In this document: one piece after another, positions 54,041 through 63,312 of the stretch | Numbering within the stretch: the first letter of the stretch is position 1 | Layout of the letters: each line of letters opens with the position of its first letter | Assembly: GCA_016184105.1 (NCBI GenBank) | Contig: JACPDI010000031.1 | Location: 70,673 to 134,672 of the forward strand | Direction: 5' to 3' | DNA from: Acidobacteriota bacterium | GTDB lineage: Bacteria; Acidobacteriota; Vicinamibacteria; Vicinamibacterales; 2-12-FULL-66-21 | DNA length: 64,000 nucleotides | The notes under the pieces: generated by a model | Told to the model about the DNA's origin: nothing | Databases searched by the model: none | Seen by the model: only the letters and a program-made list of their open reading frames with translations | Program-made: the position numbers and the translations under genes

Positions 54041-55006
54041 TCAGGCGCCGGCCTTCAAGGCCTGGCGCCCGCGCCCGCTGCGTGTCTTCAATCCTGCCCG
54101 CAACTGCCTTCGTGCCCGTGCCGCGCGCGTGAGTTCCGGCACGACCTCCTGCCGCACCGCCGCACCCGCGGCGAGCAGCCCGTCGCGCTGACGCAGGAAC
54201 TCGGCGTGCAGCTCGCGAGCGGACTGCTCGAGCTGCGCGGCGATCGCCAGGAGACCATGCCGCGCCGCATCATCTGTCGCATGACCGGCCACCTCGTGCA
54301 CCTCGCGCACGAGCACGTGGCGATCCTGCAGGCGACCGAGCGTGATCTGCGAGCGCCGGACGATCGCGGCGAGCCTCGCCGCCTCGCGCACGCCGCCTTC
54401 GGCCGCGATCTCGAGCGCGTACCGCAGCTTCTTGGCCGCGAGCCGGACGCCGTGCAGCCGCTCCGGCACGTAGATCGCCCCCGCCTCGGCCGCCGCGTCG
54501 TGCAAGCGCGCCGCGCGCCGCGTGAGCAACGCCGCCAGGCGGCGTCGCCACGCCGCGGGATCCACGTCGCCCACGATGGCGACCAGCTCATCGAGCCGGC
54601 GGTCGAGCTTTTTCAGACTCAACGTGTGCAGCTTGCGGAGCATCTGCTCGCGTCGTGCCTCGCGCCCGCTCCGCACGTGCTGACGAGCCTCGAACAACGC
54701 GAGGCGCGGCACCCCTTCGCCGAGCGTGTCGAGCAGCTGCAGCGCGACGTCCATCTCGCGAACGCGGCCGAGCAGTCGCGTCAACCGGCGGACTCGCTTT
54801 CGCGTCTTTCCCAGCTTTGCGCCTGGTGCGCGCAGCACGGGCAGAAGCTCGCGCAGCCGCCGGGAGGCCACCCTTGCGCGGTGCAGCGCGGCGATATCTC
54901 CTTCCAGCGCAAGGGGAAGCGCGGCGCCGAGCGCCTTCGTTCGCCGTTTCACGACTGTGACAGGGAGTGGCTCGGTGCGCATGCTAGGATGGCCGCTGAT
55001 TGGCAC
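54041..55006 (-). CDS. CHAD-domain protein
   Basis: Repeated helical motifs with LHRARVASRRLRELL and VRLAAKKLRYALEI, typical of CHAD. Confidence 0.75.
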   Translation of the reverse strand: MPISGHPSMRTEPLPVTVVKRRTKALGAALPLALEGDIAALHRARVASRRLRELLPVLRAPGAKLGKTRKRVRRLTRLLGRVREMDVALQLLDTLGEGVPRLALFEARQHVRSGREARREQMLRKLHTLSLKKLDRRLDELVAIVGDVDPAAWRRRLAALLTRRAARLHDAAAEAGAIYVPERLHGVRLAAKKLRYALEIAAEGGVREAARLAAIVRRSQITLGRLQDRHVLVREVHEVAGHATDDAARHGLLAIAAQLEQSARELHAEFLRQRDGLLAAGAAVRQEVVPELTRAARARRQLRAGLKTRSGRGRQALKAGA

Positions 55007-55062
55007 GAGGGCTGACGCTCGTCCATCAGTCTACTCACCGGCGTTGAAGCTCTGCAAATCGC

Positions 55063-56868
55063 ATGCGCATCGCGGCCATCGACCTCGGCAGCAACTCCAT
55101 CCACATGATCGTGGTGCAGGTGCACGGCGATCTGTCCTTCGAGGTCATCGACCGGGAAAAGGAAATGGTCCGGCTCGGAGCGGGTGGACTGGATGGCGGT
55201 CACCTGACGGAGCAGGCTGTGGCTGACGCGCTCGACGTGCTGTCACGGTACCGGCGCCTCGCCGATTCCCACGGCGTCGACGAGATCCTCGCCGCCGCAA
55301 CGAGCGCGACCCGCGAGGCGGAAAATGGCGGCGACTTCCTCCGTCGTGTGGAGCGCGAGGTGGGCATTCGCGTGCACGTGATTTCGGGCACGGAGGAAGC
55401 GCGTCTCATCCACCTCGCGGCCGGCTATGCGACCGACATCGGCCGGCGGCGCGGCGTGGTGATCGACATCGGCGGTGGCAGCGTGGAAATCACGCTCGGC
55501 ACCTCGGCGCGACCGATGCTCTCGCGGAGTTTCAAGATGGGCGTCATCCGTCTCGCGGAGCGATTCGTCGCGAGCGATCCGATCTCCGACGCGGACGAGC
55601 GCAGGCTCTCGCGCCACATCCTCAGGCAGTCGGGAAAGTACCTCGACGAGATCGCGAACCGCGGCTTCGACCGCGTCATCGGGACCTCCGGCACGATCCT
55701 CAGCCTCGGCGCGCTGGCCGCCGGGCAGGAGGCGCCCAAAGACCTGCGGAACTTTCGCGTCAGCGCGAAGAGCATTCGCCGCGTGCGCGAGCGGCTGGCC
55801 CGGCTCGACCTGCAGCGGCGCCTGAAGCTCCCGGGGCTCGACCCGAAGCGCGCCGACATCGCCGTGCCCGGCAGCATCCTGCTCGACACGCTGCTCGACC
55901 GGCTCGGCGCGCGCGAGATTACGCTGTGCGACTTCGCGCTGCGCGAGGGGCTGGTCATCGATTTCATCCGTCGCAACACGTCGACGATCCGCCAGCTCGA
56001 ACGCTATCCCGACGTCCGCCAGCGCAGCGTCGTCGAGCTCGGCCAGCGGTGCCGGTTCGACGCGGACCATTCGCGGCACGTCGCGGATCTGGCCGCGCGG
56101 CTGTTCGACCGCACGCGGAGGTGGCACGGGCTGGGAGAGCGCGAGCGGCAGTGGCTCGAGTACGGCGCGCTCCTGCACGACGTGGGCGTGCACATCAGCT
56201 ACGAGCGCCACCATCGCCATTCCTACTATCTGATCAAGAACGGCGGGCTGCGCGGCTTCGAGCCCGAGGAGATCGAGGTCATCGCGCTGATCGCGCGCTA
56301 TCACCGCCGCGGCACGCCGAAGCGCGCCCACGAGGGGTTCGGCACGCTGCCCCGCGCGCTGCGCAGGACCGTCCGGGTTCTCGCCACGCTCGTCCGGCTC
56401 GCCGAGGGGCTCGACCGCACGCGGAACGGCGTCATACACGATGTGGAGATCTCGCCGGACGACACGAGCGTCTCCGTGCGGCTGTCTGCCAGGGGGGACG
56501 CGGAGCTCGAGCTCTGGGCCGCCCAGCGCCAGGGCAGCCTGGTCGAACAATGGGTCGGGCTCCCGATCCGATTCGAAGTCGTCAGCGCCGCGGGGGAGCC
56601 CGCGGCCGGCGGGGAAACCGATGGCCAACAGTCTGACAACACCGCACCAGTATCCGGGCAAGCTGTTCGTGGTCGAAGGGATCGACGGCTCGGGAAAGAC
56701 AACGCAGCTGGGGCTGCTGGCCAAGTGGCTCAGCGCCGCGGGGCACCGCGTCTTCGTCACCGAGTGGAACTCGTCGGCGCTGGTGAAGGCCGCCACCAAG
56801 GCGGGGAAGAAGAAGAACCAGCTCACGCCGATGACCTTCAGCCTGCTGCACGCCACCGACTTCGCTGA
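55063..56868 (+). CDS. ppx: Exopolyphosphatase / guanosine pentaphosphate phosphohydrolase (Ppx/GppA family)
   Basis: AAIDLGSNSIHMIV, DIGGGSVE and an HD-like C-terminal domain. Recognisable homology ends near 56585. The last ~94 codons are low-complexity and overlap the next gene in another frame. Confidence 0.85.
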   Translation: MRIAAIDLGSNSIHMIVVQVHGDLSFEVIDREKEMVRLGAGGLDGGHLTEQAVADALDVLSRYRRLADSHGVDEILAAATSATREAENGGDFLRRVEREVGIRVHVISGTEEARLIHLAAGYATDIGRRRGVVIDIGGGSVEITLGTSARPMLSRSFKMGVIRLAERFVASDPISDADERRLSRHILRQSGKYLDEIANRGFDRVIGTSGTILSLGALAAGQEAPKDLRNFRVSAKSIRRVRERLARLDLQRRLKLPGLDPKRADIAVPGSILLDTLLDRLGAREITLCDFALREGLVIDFIRRNTSTIRQLERYPDVRQRSVVELGQRCRFDADHSRHVADLAARLFDRTRRWHGLGERERQWLEYGALLHDVGVHISYERHHRHSYYLIKNGGLRGFEPEEIEVIALIARYHRRGTPKRAHEGFGTLPRALRRTVRVLATLVRLAEGLDRTRNGVIHDVEISPDDTSVSVRLSARGDAELELWAAQRQGSLVEQWVGLPIRFEVVSAAGEPAAGGETDGQQSDNTAPVSGQAVRGRRDRRLGKDNAAGAAGQVAQRRGAPRLRHRVELVGAGEGRHQGGEEEEPAHADDLQPAARHRLR

Positions 56869-57355
56869 CCGGCTGCTCTACAGCATCATCCCGCCGCTCA
56901 AGGCGGGGATGGTGGTCCTCGCGGACCGGTACGCCTACACGGCGTTCGCGCGCGACGTGGCGCGCAACGTCGACCGCTCGTGGGTGCGCGAGTTGTATTC
57001 CTTCGCGGTGCGCCCCGACCTGGCCGTGTACTTCCGTGTGCCGATCGACGTCTCCCTCGACCGCCTGCTCGCCCGGCGCGTGAAGCTGAAATTCTACGAG
57101 GCAGGCATGGACATGGGCTGGAGCACGAACCCGACCGAGAGCTTTCGGCTGTTCCAGGGGAAGGTGCTCGAGGAGTACGACCGCCTGGTCGAAGAATTCG
57201 GCCTCGACGTGATCGACGCGACCGGCAGCATCACGGAACAACAGCGCGTCTTCCGCCGCGTCGTCGCCGCGTACCTCGGCGTGCCGGCCACCGACGAACC
57301 GATCGAGGAGGCCGTGGAAGCGGCCGCGGCCGAGGGCCAGGGAGGACGCAGTTGA
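56621..57355 (+). CDS. Thymidylate-kinase-like protein 1 (canonical P-loop)
   Basis: KLFVVEGIDGSGKTTQ P-loop and LADRYAYTAFA (DRY motif). Confidence 0.7.
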   Translation: MANSLTTPHQYPGKLFVVEGIDGSGKTTQLGLLAKWLSAAGHRVFVTEWNSSALVKAATKAGKKKNQLTPMTFSLLHATDFADRLLYSIIPPLKAGMVVLADRYAYTAFARDVARNVDRSWVRELYSFAVRPDLAVYFRVPIDVSLDRLLARRVKLKFYEAGMDMGWSTNPTESFRLFQGKVLEEYDRLVEEFGLDVIDATGSITEQQRVFRRVVAAYLGVPATDEPIEEAVEAAAAEGQGGRS

Positions 57356-58062
57356 CGCCGACGCCCGCAGGTTTGTACTACGGCAACCCGATTCCCTACC
57401 TCCCCATTCCGGTGGAGGGGTTTCCGGGGAAGATCATCGCCGTCGAAGGGACCGACGGCGTCGGCCGCTCGACGCAGATCCGGCTGCTCCGCGAGTGGCT
57501 CGAGGTGCAGGGCTACGGCGTCGTCGAGACCGGGTGGACGCGGTCGCCCTTGATGTCCCCGACCATCGACCTGGCGAAATCCAGCAACACGCTGAACAAG
57601 CTGACGTTCACGCTGCTCTACGCCACGGACTTCGCCGACCGCCTCGAGAAGGAGGTGATTCCCGCGCTCAAGGCAGGATTCATCGTCCTCACGGATCGCT
57701 ACCTGTACACGGCGCTGGCTCGCGCGGGCGTTCGCGGCATCGACCGCACGTGGATGCGGAACCTGTACAGTTTCGCGATCGCGCCGCACCTGGTGTTCTA
57801 CCTGCGCATCGACGAGAAGACGCTGATCCGGCGCGTGCTCCAGTCGCGAGGCATGAACTTCTGGGAATCCGGCATGGACCTGAAGCTGGCCGACGACATT
57901 TACGACAGCTTCCGGGCGTACCAGCGCGCGCTGCTGCGCGAGTACAACGCCATGGCGGAGGAGTTCAGCTTCCGCGTCATCGACGCGCGGCGCAAGATCG
58001 ACTGGATCCAGGAGGAGCTGCGGAAGCAGGTTGGAGAGTTCCTCGCCGGTGCGGGGACGTAG
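57352..58062 (+). CDS. Thymidylate-kinase-like protein 2 (degenerate P-loop)
   Basis: A TTG at 57352 is preceded by GGAGGA and overlaps the preceding TGA. KIIAVEGTDGVGRSTQ has Lys replaced by Arg. LTDRYLYTALA. Collinear paralog of the previous gene. Confidence 0.6.
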   Translation: MTPTPAGLYYGNPIPYLPIPVEGFPGKIIAVEGTDGVGRSTQIRLLREWLEVQGYGVVETGWTRSPLMSPTIDLAKSSNTLNKLTFTLLYATDFADRLEKEVIPALKAGFIVLTDRYLYTALARAGVRGIDRTWMRNLYSFAIAPHLVFYLRIDEKTLIRRVLQSRGMNFWESGMDLKLADDIYDSFRAYQRALLREYNAMAEEFSFRVIDARRKIDWIQEELRKQVGEFLAGAGT

Positions 58063-58073
58063 GAGGAGTTGCC

Positions 58074-58613
58074 TCAGGGCACTCCCGCAAACCCATAAAT
58101 CTGTTTCTTCAGCCCGGTATACCAGGACCGCATGCCGATCGCCCGCGCTTCGGCGTACGCCCGGGCGTTGTCCCAGCGGTGGCGGGCGATGCGGTAGAAG
58201 CCCACGAGCGCGCCCGTGCGATCGGCGCCACGCCGGCAGTGCAGGAACACCGGGCCGTCCTGGGCGCCGTCGACAACCGCGAAGAACGACCGGATGGTTT
58301 CGCCCGGGATCGTGCGCGAGCGCGTGAAGAAATTCCCGTCGCGGACCGGCAGGTGGATGTAGCGCATCCCGAGCGACTCGACGATCCGCTGCTCGGCGCC
58401 CGTCCTGGCCTCGTCGTCGTCGCGCAGGTTGACGACCGTGCGCACGCCGAGGTCGCGCAGGTAGCGGAACCCCTCCGCGTCCGGCTGTGCGCCGCGGTAG
58501 AGCCGACCGTCCACCCGGTGAAACCGCGGGATTGGCGCCGCCGTGTCCGCCGCCACTGCGGCGGGCACCGCCAGCGAACCAACCACGAGCGCCGCGCCAA
58601 TGCGGGGGGACAT
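58074..58613 (-). CDS. Secreted protein-tyrosine/dual-specificity phosphatase-like protein
   Basis: Signal peptide and the CX5R active site HCRRGADRTGA. Confidence 0.8.
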   Translation of the reverse strand: MSPRIGAALVVGSLAVPAAVAADTAAPIPRFHRVDGRLYRGAQPDAEGFRYLRDLGVRTVVNLRDDDEARTGAEQRIVESLGMRYIHLPVRDGNFFTRSRTIPGETIRSFFAVVDGAQDGPVFLHCRRGADRTGALVGFYRIARHRWDNARAYAEARAIGMRSWYTGLKKQIYGFAGVP

Positions 58614-58653
58614 CCTTGAAAGTATAGACGCGCTCCACGGCGCGTCGGCCGGT

Positions 58654-58681
58654 GTTTACACCGAGTTAACGCGGCCGAAAC
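58654..58681 (+). promoter_or_regulatory. Pho-box-like triple of phased hexamers upstream of pstB-phoU
   Basis: GTTTACaccgaGTTAACgcggcCGAAAC with an 11-bp period. It ends 37 nt before the pstB GTG at 58718. Confidence 0.45.
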
Positions 58682-58717
58682 GGCGAGGCAACCGCGGCCG
58701 GCTACCCTGTCGGGGCG

Positions 58718-59557
58718 GTGACCGTCCCAACAGCCTTCGCGCCCCCCGCGCCCGGTTCGTCGCTGCCGGCCGGGGCCCGGTCCGCCCCGGCGCCCGAACG
58801 CGGCCCGAAGATCACGGTCTCCCGCCTGAACTTCTATTACGGCCAGGTCCGCGCGCTGCAGGACATTGCCATCGAGGTGCCGGAGCGGATGGTCACCGCG
58901 TTCATCGGCCCGTCGGGATGCGGCAAGAGCACGTTCCTGCGGACGCTCAACCGCATGAACGACCTGATTCCCGGCGTGCGCGTCACCGGAGAGGTCCGCA
59001 TCGACGGCCAGGACATCTACGCGTCGTCCATCGACGTGGTGGGCCTGCGGCGGCGCGTCGGCATGGTGTTCCAGAAGTCGAACCCGTTTCCGAAATCCGT
59101 GTTCGAGAACGTGGCGTACGGGCTGCGGATCAACCGGCTCGCGGGCAGCCGCGCGGAGTTGCACGGCCGTGTCGAGGAAAGCCTGCGCGCCGCGGCCTTG
59201 TGGGACGAAGTCAAGGACCGGCTGCACGCCCCGGCCGCCGCGCTCTCCGGCGGCCAGCAGCAGCGGTTGTGCATCGCGCGCGCCCTTGCGGTGCGGCCGG
59301 AGGTGCTGCTGATGGACGAGCCGGCGTCCGCGCTCGACCCGATCGCCACCCAGCGCATCGAGGAGTTGATCTACGAGTTGAAGGAGCGCTATACGATCGT
59401 GATCGTCACCCACAACATGCAGCAGGCGGCGCGCGTGTCGGACCTCACCGCGTTCTTCTGGCTGGGCAAGCTGGTGGAAGTTGACGAGACCCGGCGCGTG
59501 TTCACCGCGCCGCGTGAGAAGCTGACCGAAGATTACGTGACGGGGCGATTCGGCTGA
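58718..59557 (+). CDS. pstB: Phosphate ABC transporter ATP-binding protein PstB
   Basis: GPSGCGKST Walker [10 protein letters not shown] signature and LLMDEP Walker B. Confidence 0.95.
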   Translation: MTVPTAFAPPAPGSSLPAGARSAPAPERGPKITVSRLNFYYGQVRALQDIAIEVPERMVTAFIGPSGCGKSTFLRTLNRMNDLIPGVRVTGEVRIDGQDIYASSIDVVGLRRRVGMVFQKSNPFPKSVFENVAYGLRINRLAGSRAELHGRVEESLRAAALWDEVKDRLHAPAAALSGGQQQRLCIARALAVRPEVLLMDEPASALDPIATQRIEELIYELKERYTIVIVTHNMQQAARVSDLTAFFWLGKLVEVDETRRVFTAPREKLTEDYVTGRFG

Positions 59558-60228
59558 TGCCGGACACACATCGATTTCAGGAGGAGTTCGACGCGTTCAA
59601 GGCGCGGCTGCTCGAAATGGCGGGCCTCGCCGAGGAGCGCGTACGCGCCGTGGTCCGCGCGCTCGTCGAGCGTGATCCGGACGTCATCGAGCAGGTTGCC
59701 GCCGGCGACGATCCGATCAACCGCCTCCAGGTCGAGATCGACAACCGCGGCTTCCTCCTCCTGGCCCTCTACCAGCCGGTGGCCACCGACTTGCGGGCGA
59801 TCATGGCCGCGCTCAAGATCAATACGGATCTCGAGCGCGTCGGCGATCTCGCGGTGAACATCGCGGAGGCGGCCCGCCGCTGCCTCACCCATCCCCCTGT
59901 GAAGCCGCTCATCGACATCCCGCGGATGGCCGGCATTGCCGAGGGCATGCTGCGCGACTCGCTGGACGCGTTCGTCCGGCGGGATCCCGCGCTCGCGCGC
60001 GACGTCCTGGGCCGCGATGACACCCTCGACACCCTCAAGACGCAGGTCTTCCGCGAGCTGCTCACCTACATGCTCCAGGACCCCTCGACCATCGAGCCCG
60101 CCCTCGACCTGGTCCTGATCTCCCGGCACCTCGAACGCATCGGCGACCACGCCACCAATGTCGCGGAGGAGGTCATCTTCATGGTCTCGGCACGCGACGT
60201 CCGCCACCAGGCCGCTGAAAAGGCATAA
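59557..60228 (+). CDS. phoU: Phosphate signalling complex protein PhoU
   Basis: Two PhoU repeats (DLERVGDLAVNIAE and HLERIGDHATNVAE). TGATG junction with pstB. Confidence 0.95.
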   Translation: MPDTHRFQEEFDAFKARLLEMAGLAEERVRAVVRALVERDPDVIEQVAAGDDPINRLQVEIDNRGFLLLALYQPVATDLRAIMAALKINTDLERVGDLAVNIAEAARRCLTHPPVKPLIDIPRMAGIAEGMLRDSLDAFVRRDPALARDVLGRDDTLDTLKTQVFRELLTYMLQDPSTIEPALDLVLISRHLERIGDHATNVAEEVIFMVSARDVRHQAAEKA

Positions 60229-60256
60229 ACAGCCCGACCGCGGGATAGAATGGTCC

Positions 60257-60427
60257 GATGGCTCCGGGTGAAGTGTGCGTGTACTGCCGACGCCGCCCGG
60301 TGGCGCCCGAATGGAAGCCGTTCTGCAGCCAGCGCTGCCGGATGGCGGATCTCGGCCGCTGGCTCTCACAGGACTACCGCGTGGCGGGCGACACGTCGCC
60401 CCCCGAATCTGACGACGACGATGCCTG
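60257..60427 (+). CDS. yacG: DNA gyrase inhibitor YacG (zinc finger), 56 aa, absent from the supplied ORF track
   Basis: My own translation is MAPGEVCVYCRRRPVAPEWKPFCSQRCRMADLGRWLSQDYRVAGD.... It has the CxxC...PFCSxRCxxxDLGxW signature. The TGA at 60425-60427 overlaps the gltA ATG at 60421. Confidence 0.7.
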
Positions 60428-61713
60428 ATACTCTGACAATTACCGACAACCGTACCGGCAAGCAGTACGAAATCCCGATCCAGGACGACACAATCAAGGC
60501 CATGGATCTGCGGCAGATCAAGGTCAAGCCCGACGACTTCGGCATGATGACCTACGACCCCGCCTTCCAGAACACGGCCGCGTGCCGCAGCCGGATCACG
60601 TACATCGACGGCGACAAGGGGGTGCTGCTCTACCGCGGCTACCCGATCGAGCAGCTCGCCGAACACAGCGACTTCCTCGAAACCGCGTACCTGCTCCTCT
60701 TCGGCGAGCTGCCGACGGCGGCGCAGATGCAGGCGTGGATCAAGGAGGTCACCCTCCACACGATGGTCCACGAGAACATCAAGAAGTTGATGGAGGCGTA
60801 CCAGTATGACGCACACCCGATGGGGATCTTCCTGAGCACGGTGGGCGCCTTCTCGACCTTCTACCCGGACGCCAAGCAGATCTTCAACCCCGAGGCGCGC
60901 CGCCGGCAGATCGTGCGGCTCGTCGCCAAGGTGCCGACGATTGCGGCCTACGCGTTTCGCCACAGCATCGGTCGCCCGTACGTGTACCCGGACAACGACC
61001 TGAGCTACACGGGCAACTTCCTGAACATGCTGTTCAAGATGACCGAGCTGAAGTACCAGTCGCACCCCGTGCTGGAGCGCGCGCTCGACGTCCTCTTCAT
61101 CCTCCACGCAGACCACGAGCAGAACTGCAGCACGAGCGCGATGCGCGGCATCGGCAGCTCGCACGCCGATCCGTACTCGTCGATGGCGGGCGCCGCCGCC
61201 GCGCTGTACGGCCCGCTGCACGGGGGCGCGAACGAGGCCGTGCTGCGCATGCTGCACGAGATCGGATCGCTCTCGAACGTGCCGGCATTCATCAAGAAGG
61301 TGAAGGCGGGCGAAGGGCGGCTGATGGGATTCGGCCACCGGGTGTACAAGTCGTACGACCCGCGCGCCAAGATCATCAAGAAGATCGCCGACCTCGTGTT
61401 CGCCGTGACGGGGCGCAACCCGCTGCTCGACATCGCCCTCGAGCTGGAGCGCATCGCGCTCGAGGACGAGTACTTCGTCAACCGGAAGCTGTACCCGAAC
61501 GTCGACTTCTACTCGGGCCTCATCTACCAGGCGATGAAATTCCCGGTCGAGATGTTCCCGGTGCTCTTCGCGATCCCGCGCGCGGCGGGCTGGATGGCGC
61601 AGTGGGAAGAGATGATCCTGGACCAGGACCAGAAGATCGCGCGCCCGCGGCAGATCTACGTCGGGAGCGCGAAGCGGGATTACGTGCCGAGGGACAAGCG
61701 GAAGGAAGTCTGA
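60421..61713 (+). CDS. gltA: Citrate synthase (type II)
   Basis: MPDTLTITDNRTGKQYEIPI..., plus HADHEQNCSTS and GFGHRVYK active-site motifs. Confidence 0.95.
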   Translation: MPDTLTITDNRTGKQYEIPIQDDTIKAMDLRQIKVKPDDFGMMTYDPAFQNTAACRSRITYIDGDKGVLLYRGYPIEQLAEHSDFLETAYLLLFGELPTAAQMQAWIKEVTLHTMVHENIKKLMEAYQYDAHPMGIFLSTVGAFSTFYPDAKQIFNPEARRRQIVRLVAKVPTIAAYAFRHSIGRPYVYPDNDLSYTGNFLNMLFKMTELKYQSHPVLERALDVLFILHADHEQNCSTSAMRGIGSSHADPYSSMAGAAAALYGPLHGGANEAVLRMLHEIGSLSNVPAFIKKVKAGEGRLMGFGHRVYKSYDPRAKIIKKIADLVFAVTGRNPLLDIALELERIALEDEYFVNRKLYPNVDFYSGLIYQAMKFPVEMFPVLFAIPRAAGWMAQWEEMILDQDQKIARPRQIYVGSAKRDYVPRDKRKEV

Positions 61714-61717
61714 GCGA

Positions 61718-61778
61718 AAGGGGGACAGTCACACTTTCCTCGGCAGGGCCAGGAAAGTGTGACTGTCCCCCTTTTTTC
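61718..61778 (+). terminator. Rho-independent terminator between convergent gltA and the LeuA-like gene
   Basis: Perfect 22-bp stem (aagggggacagtcacactttcc / ggaaagtgtgactgtccccctt), a 12-nt loop, and a T6 run at 61772-61777. Confidence 0.85.
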
Positions 61779-62987
61779 TCAACTGCCGATTTCGTCGAGG
61801 ATTTCCGCCTCGCTCAGCACCGTCGCCGACCGCTTCGCGCGGGCGAAGATGCGATCCACCAGCTCGTCGCCCGCGGGCAGGCCGCGTCTTTCCAGCCAGT
61901 AGATCACGTTCGATCGGCCTGACATCGGTCCGACCTCGATCTCCTGCTCGCGCCCGATCAACCGCGCGGGCACCGAGGAGTAGACCGCGTCGGCGAGCTC
62001 CCGGTCGTTCTTGCGGAACGCCTTGACGACCGCCGCGGCGTGGACGCCGGTCGCCGTGCGAAACGCGTCCCGGCCGAGCACCGGGTAGTTCGGCGGCAGC
62101 GGCACACGGCAGGCGTCGGACACCAGACGGGCATACTCGGGCAGCGGCGTGAGATCGCGGTTCAGGTATCCCATCAGCACCAGGTTGACGAGCAGCAGAT
62201 CCATCGGCGTGTTGCCCACGCGCTCGCCGATGCCGATGGCCGTTCCGTGCAGCCGCGTGGCGCCCGCCTCGTACGCCGCGATCGTCGAGATCACGCCCAG
62301 GTCGCGGTCGCGGTGGCCGTGCCAGTCGATGCCGATCTGATCGCCCCCGCTCTCCTTGATCACCTCCGCGATGAACCGCACAACGGCGCGCGCGCCCGCC
62401 GGCGTCGCATGCCCGACGGTATCCGCCACGCACAGGCGGCTCGCGCCGGCGCGGAGGGCCGTGGAATAGAGCTTGCGGATGCTGTCCGGGTCCGCCCGCG
62501 TCGTGTCCTCGGTGACGTACATGACCGGCAGCCCTTCGCGCACCGCGAACGTGATGGCGTCCTCCGTCCACCGCTGCAGCTCGTCGATCGTCCAGCCCTC
62601 CGCGTACTGGCGGATGGGACTCGACCCGATGAACGCGCAGCACTCGATCGGGATGCCGACGCGCTGCGAGATCTCCGCGATCGGCCGTATGTCGGCAATG
62701 ACCGTCCGCGCGGCGCAGTTCGGCCTGATGTTGAGCCCCGCGTCCGCGATCTCGCGCGCGAGCAGCTCCACGTCTCGGACCACGTGCGGCCCGGCGCCCG
62801 GCAGCCCGATGTCGGCCGTGTCGATCCGGAGCGCCTCCATGAGATGGAGGATGCGGATCTTGTCCTCGATCGCGGGCGCGCAGACCGACGGGGACTGGAG
62901 CCCGTCGCGCAGCGTCTCGTCGTCCAGCATCGGCGCGTGCGCCGGCGCCTCGCCGCGCTGGTTCCAGTCGAAGATGAGCGGGTGCAT
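61779..62987 (-). CDS. HMGL-like 2-isopropylmalate/homocitrate synthase family protein (short form, no LeuA regulatory domain)
   Basis: LDDETLRDGLQSP and HGHRDRDLG (HxH metal site). Confidence 0.8.
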   Translation of the reverse strand: MHPLIFDWNQRGEAPAHAPMLDDETLRDGLQSPSVCAPAIEDKIRILHLMEALRIDTADIGLPGAGPHVVRDVELLAREIADAGLNIRPNCAARTVIADIRPIAEISQRVGIPIECCAFIGSSPIRQYAEGWTIDELQRWTEDAITFAVREGLPVMYVTEDTTRADPDSIRKLYSTALRAGASRLCVADTVGHATPAGARAVVRFIAEVIKESGGDQIGIDWHGHRDRDLGVISTIAAYEAGATRLHGTAIGIGERVGNTPMDLLLVNLVLMGYLNRDLTPLPEYARLVSDACRVPLPPNYPVLGRDAFRTATGVHAAAVVKAFRKNDRELADAVYSSVPARLIGREQEIEVGPMSGRSNVIYWLERRGLPAGDELVDRIFARAKRSATVLSEAEILDEIGS

Positions 62988-62988
62988 G

Positions 62989-63312
62989 TCAGTGCCCGGC
63001 GGGACTCCGCGGCCGTGACAGGCGGAGGACCGTCACCGCCCCGGCGCCGCCGACGAGCAGCGCCCACAGTGACGCGGTGACCGCCGCGTCGCGCACGGTC
63101 TGGTCCATGATCTCGTGCATGGTGACGCGCGGTCCGCGTCCCAGCTCGTGGTCCGCCTGCCGGTACAGATACTCCTTCACGCCGCGGGTGACGAGAATAT
63201 CGAACACGCCGTTCCACACGACCGCCGACACGAGGAGCCACACGCCAAGCCAGGGCCACAGGCGAAATGCCGGGCGCCACAAACGCGATGCCTGCGGGCT
63301 CTTACCCGTCAT
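62989..63312 (-). CDS. Small hypothetical membrane protein
   Basis: The ATG at 63312 overlaps the upstream gene by 11 nt. Two hydrophobic segments (WPWLGVWLLVSAVVW, ASLWALLVGGAGAV). Confidence 0.4.
   Translation of the reverse strand: MTGKSPQASRLWRPAFRLWPWLGVWLLVSAVVWNGVFDILVTRGVKEYLYRQADHELGRGPRVTMHEIMDQTVRDAAVTASLWALLVGGAGAVTVLRLSRPRSPAGH

Noticed and set aside
55243-59569. Minus-strand ORFs 55243-56856, 57094-58638 and 58109-59569, and plus-strand frames 58543-59484 and 56980-57351
   Set aside because: They overlap Ppx, the Tmk-like genes, the PTP and pstB, all of which have strong family signatures. Their translations are low complexity.
59533-61338. 601-aa minus-strand ORF
   Set aside because: Antisense to phoU, yacG and gltA.
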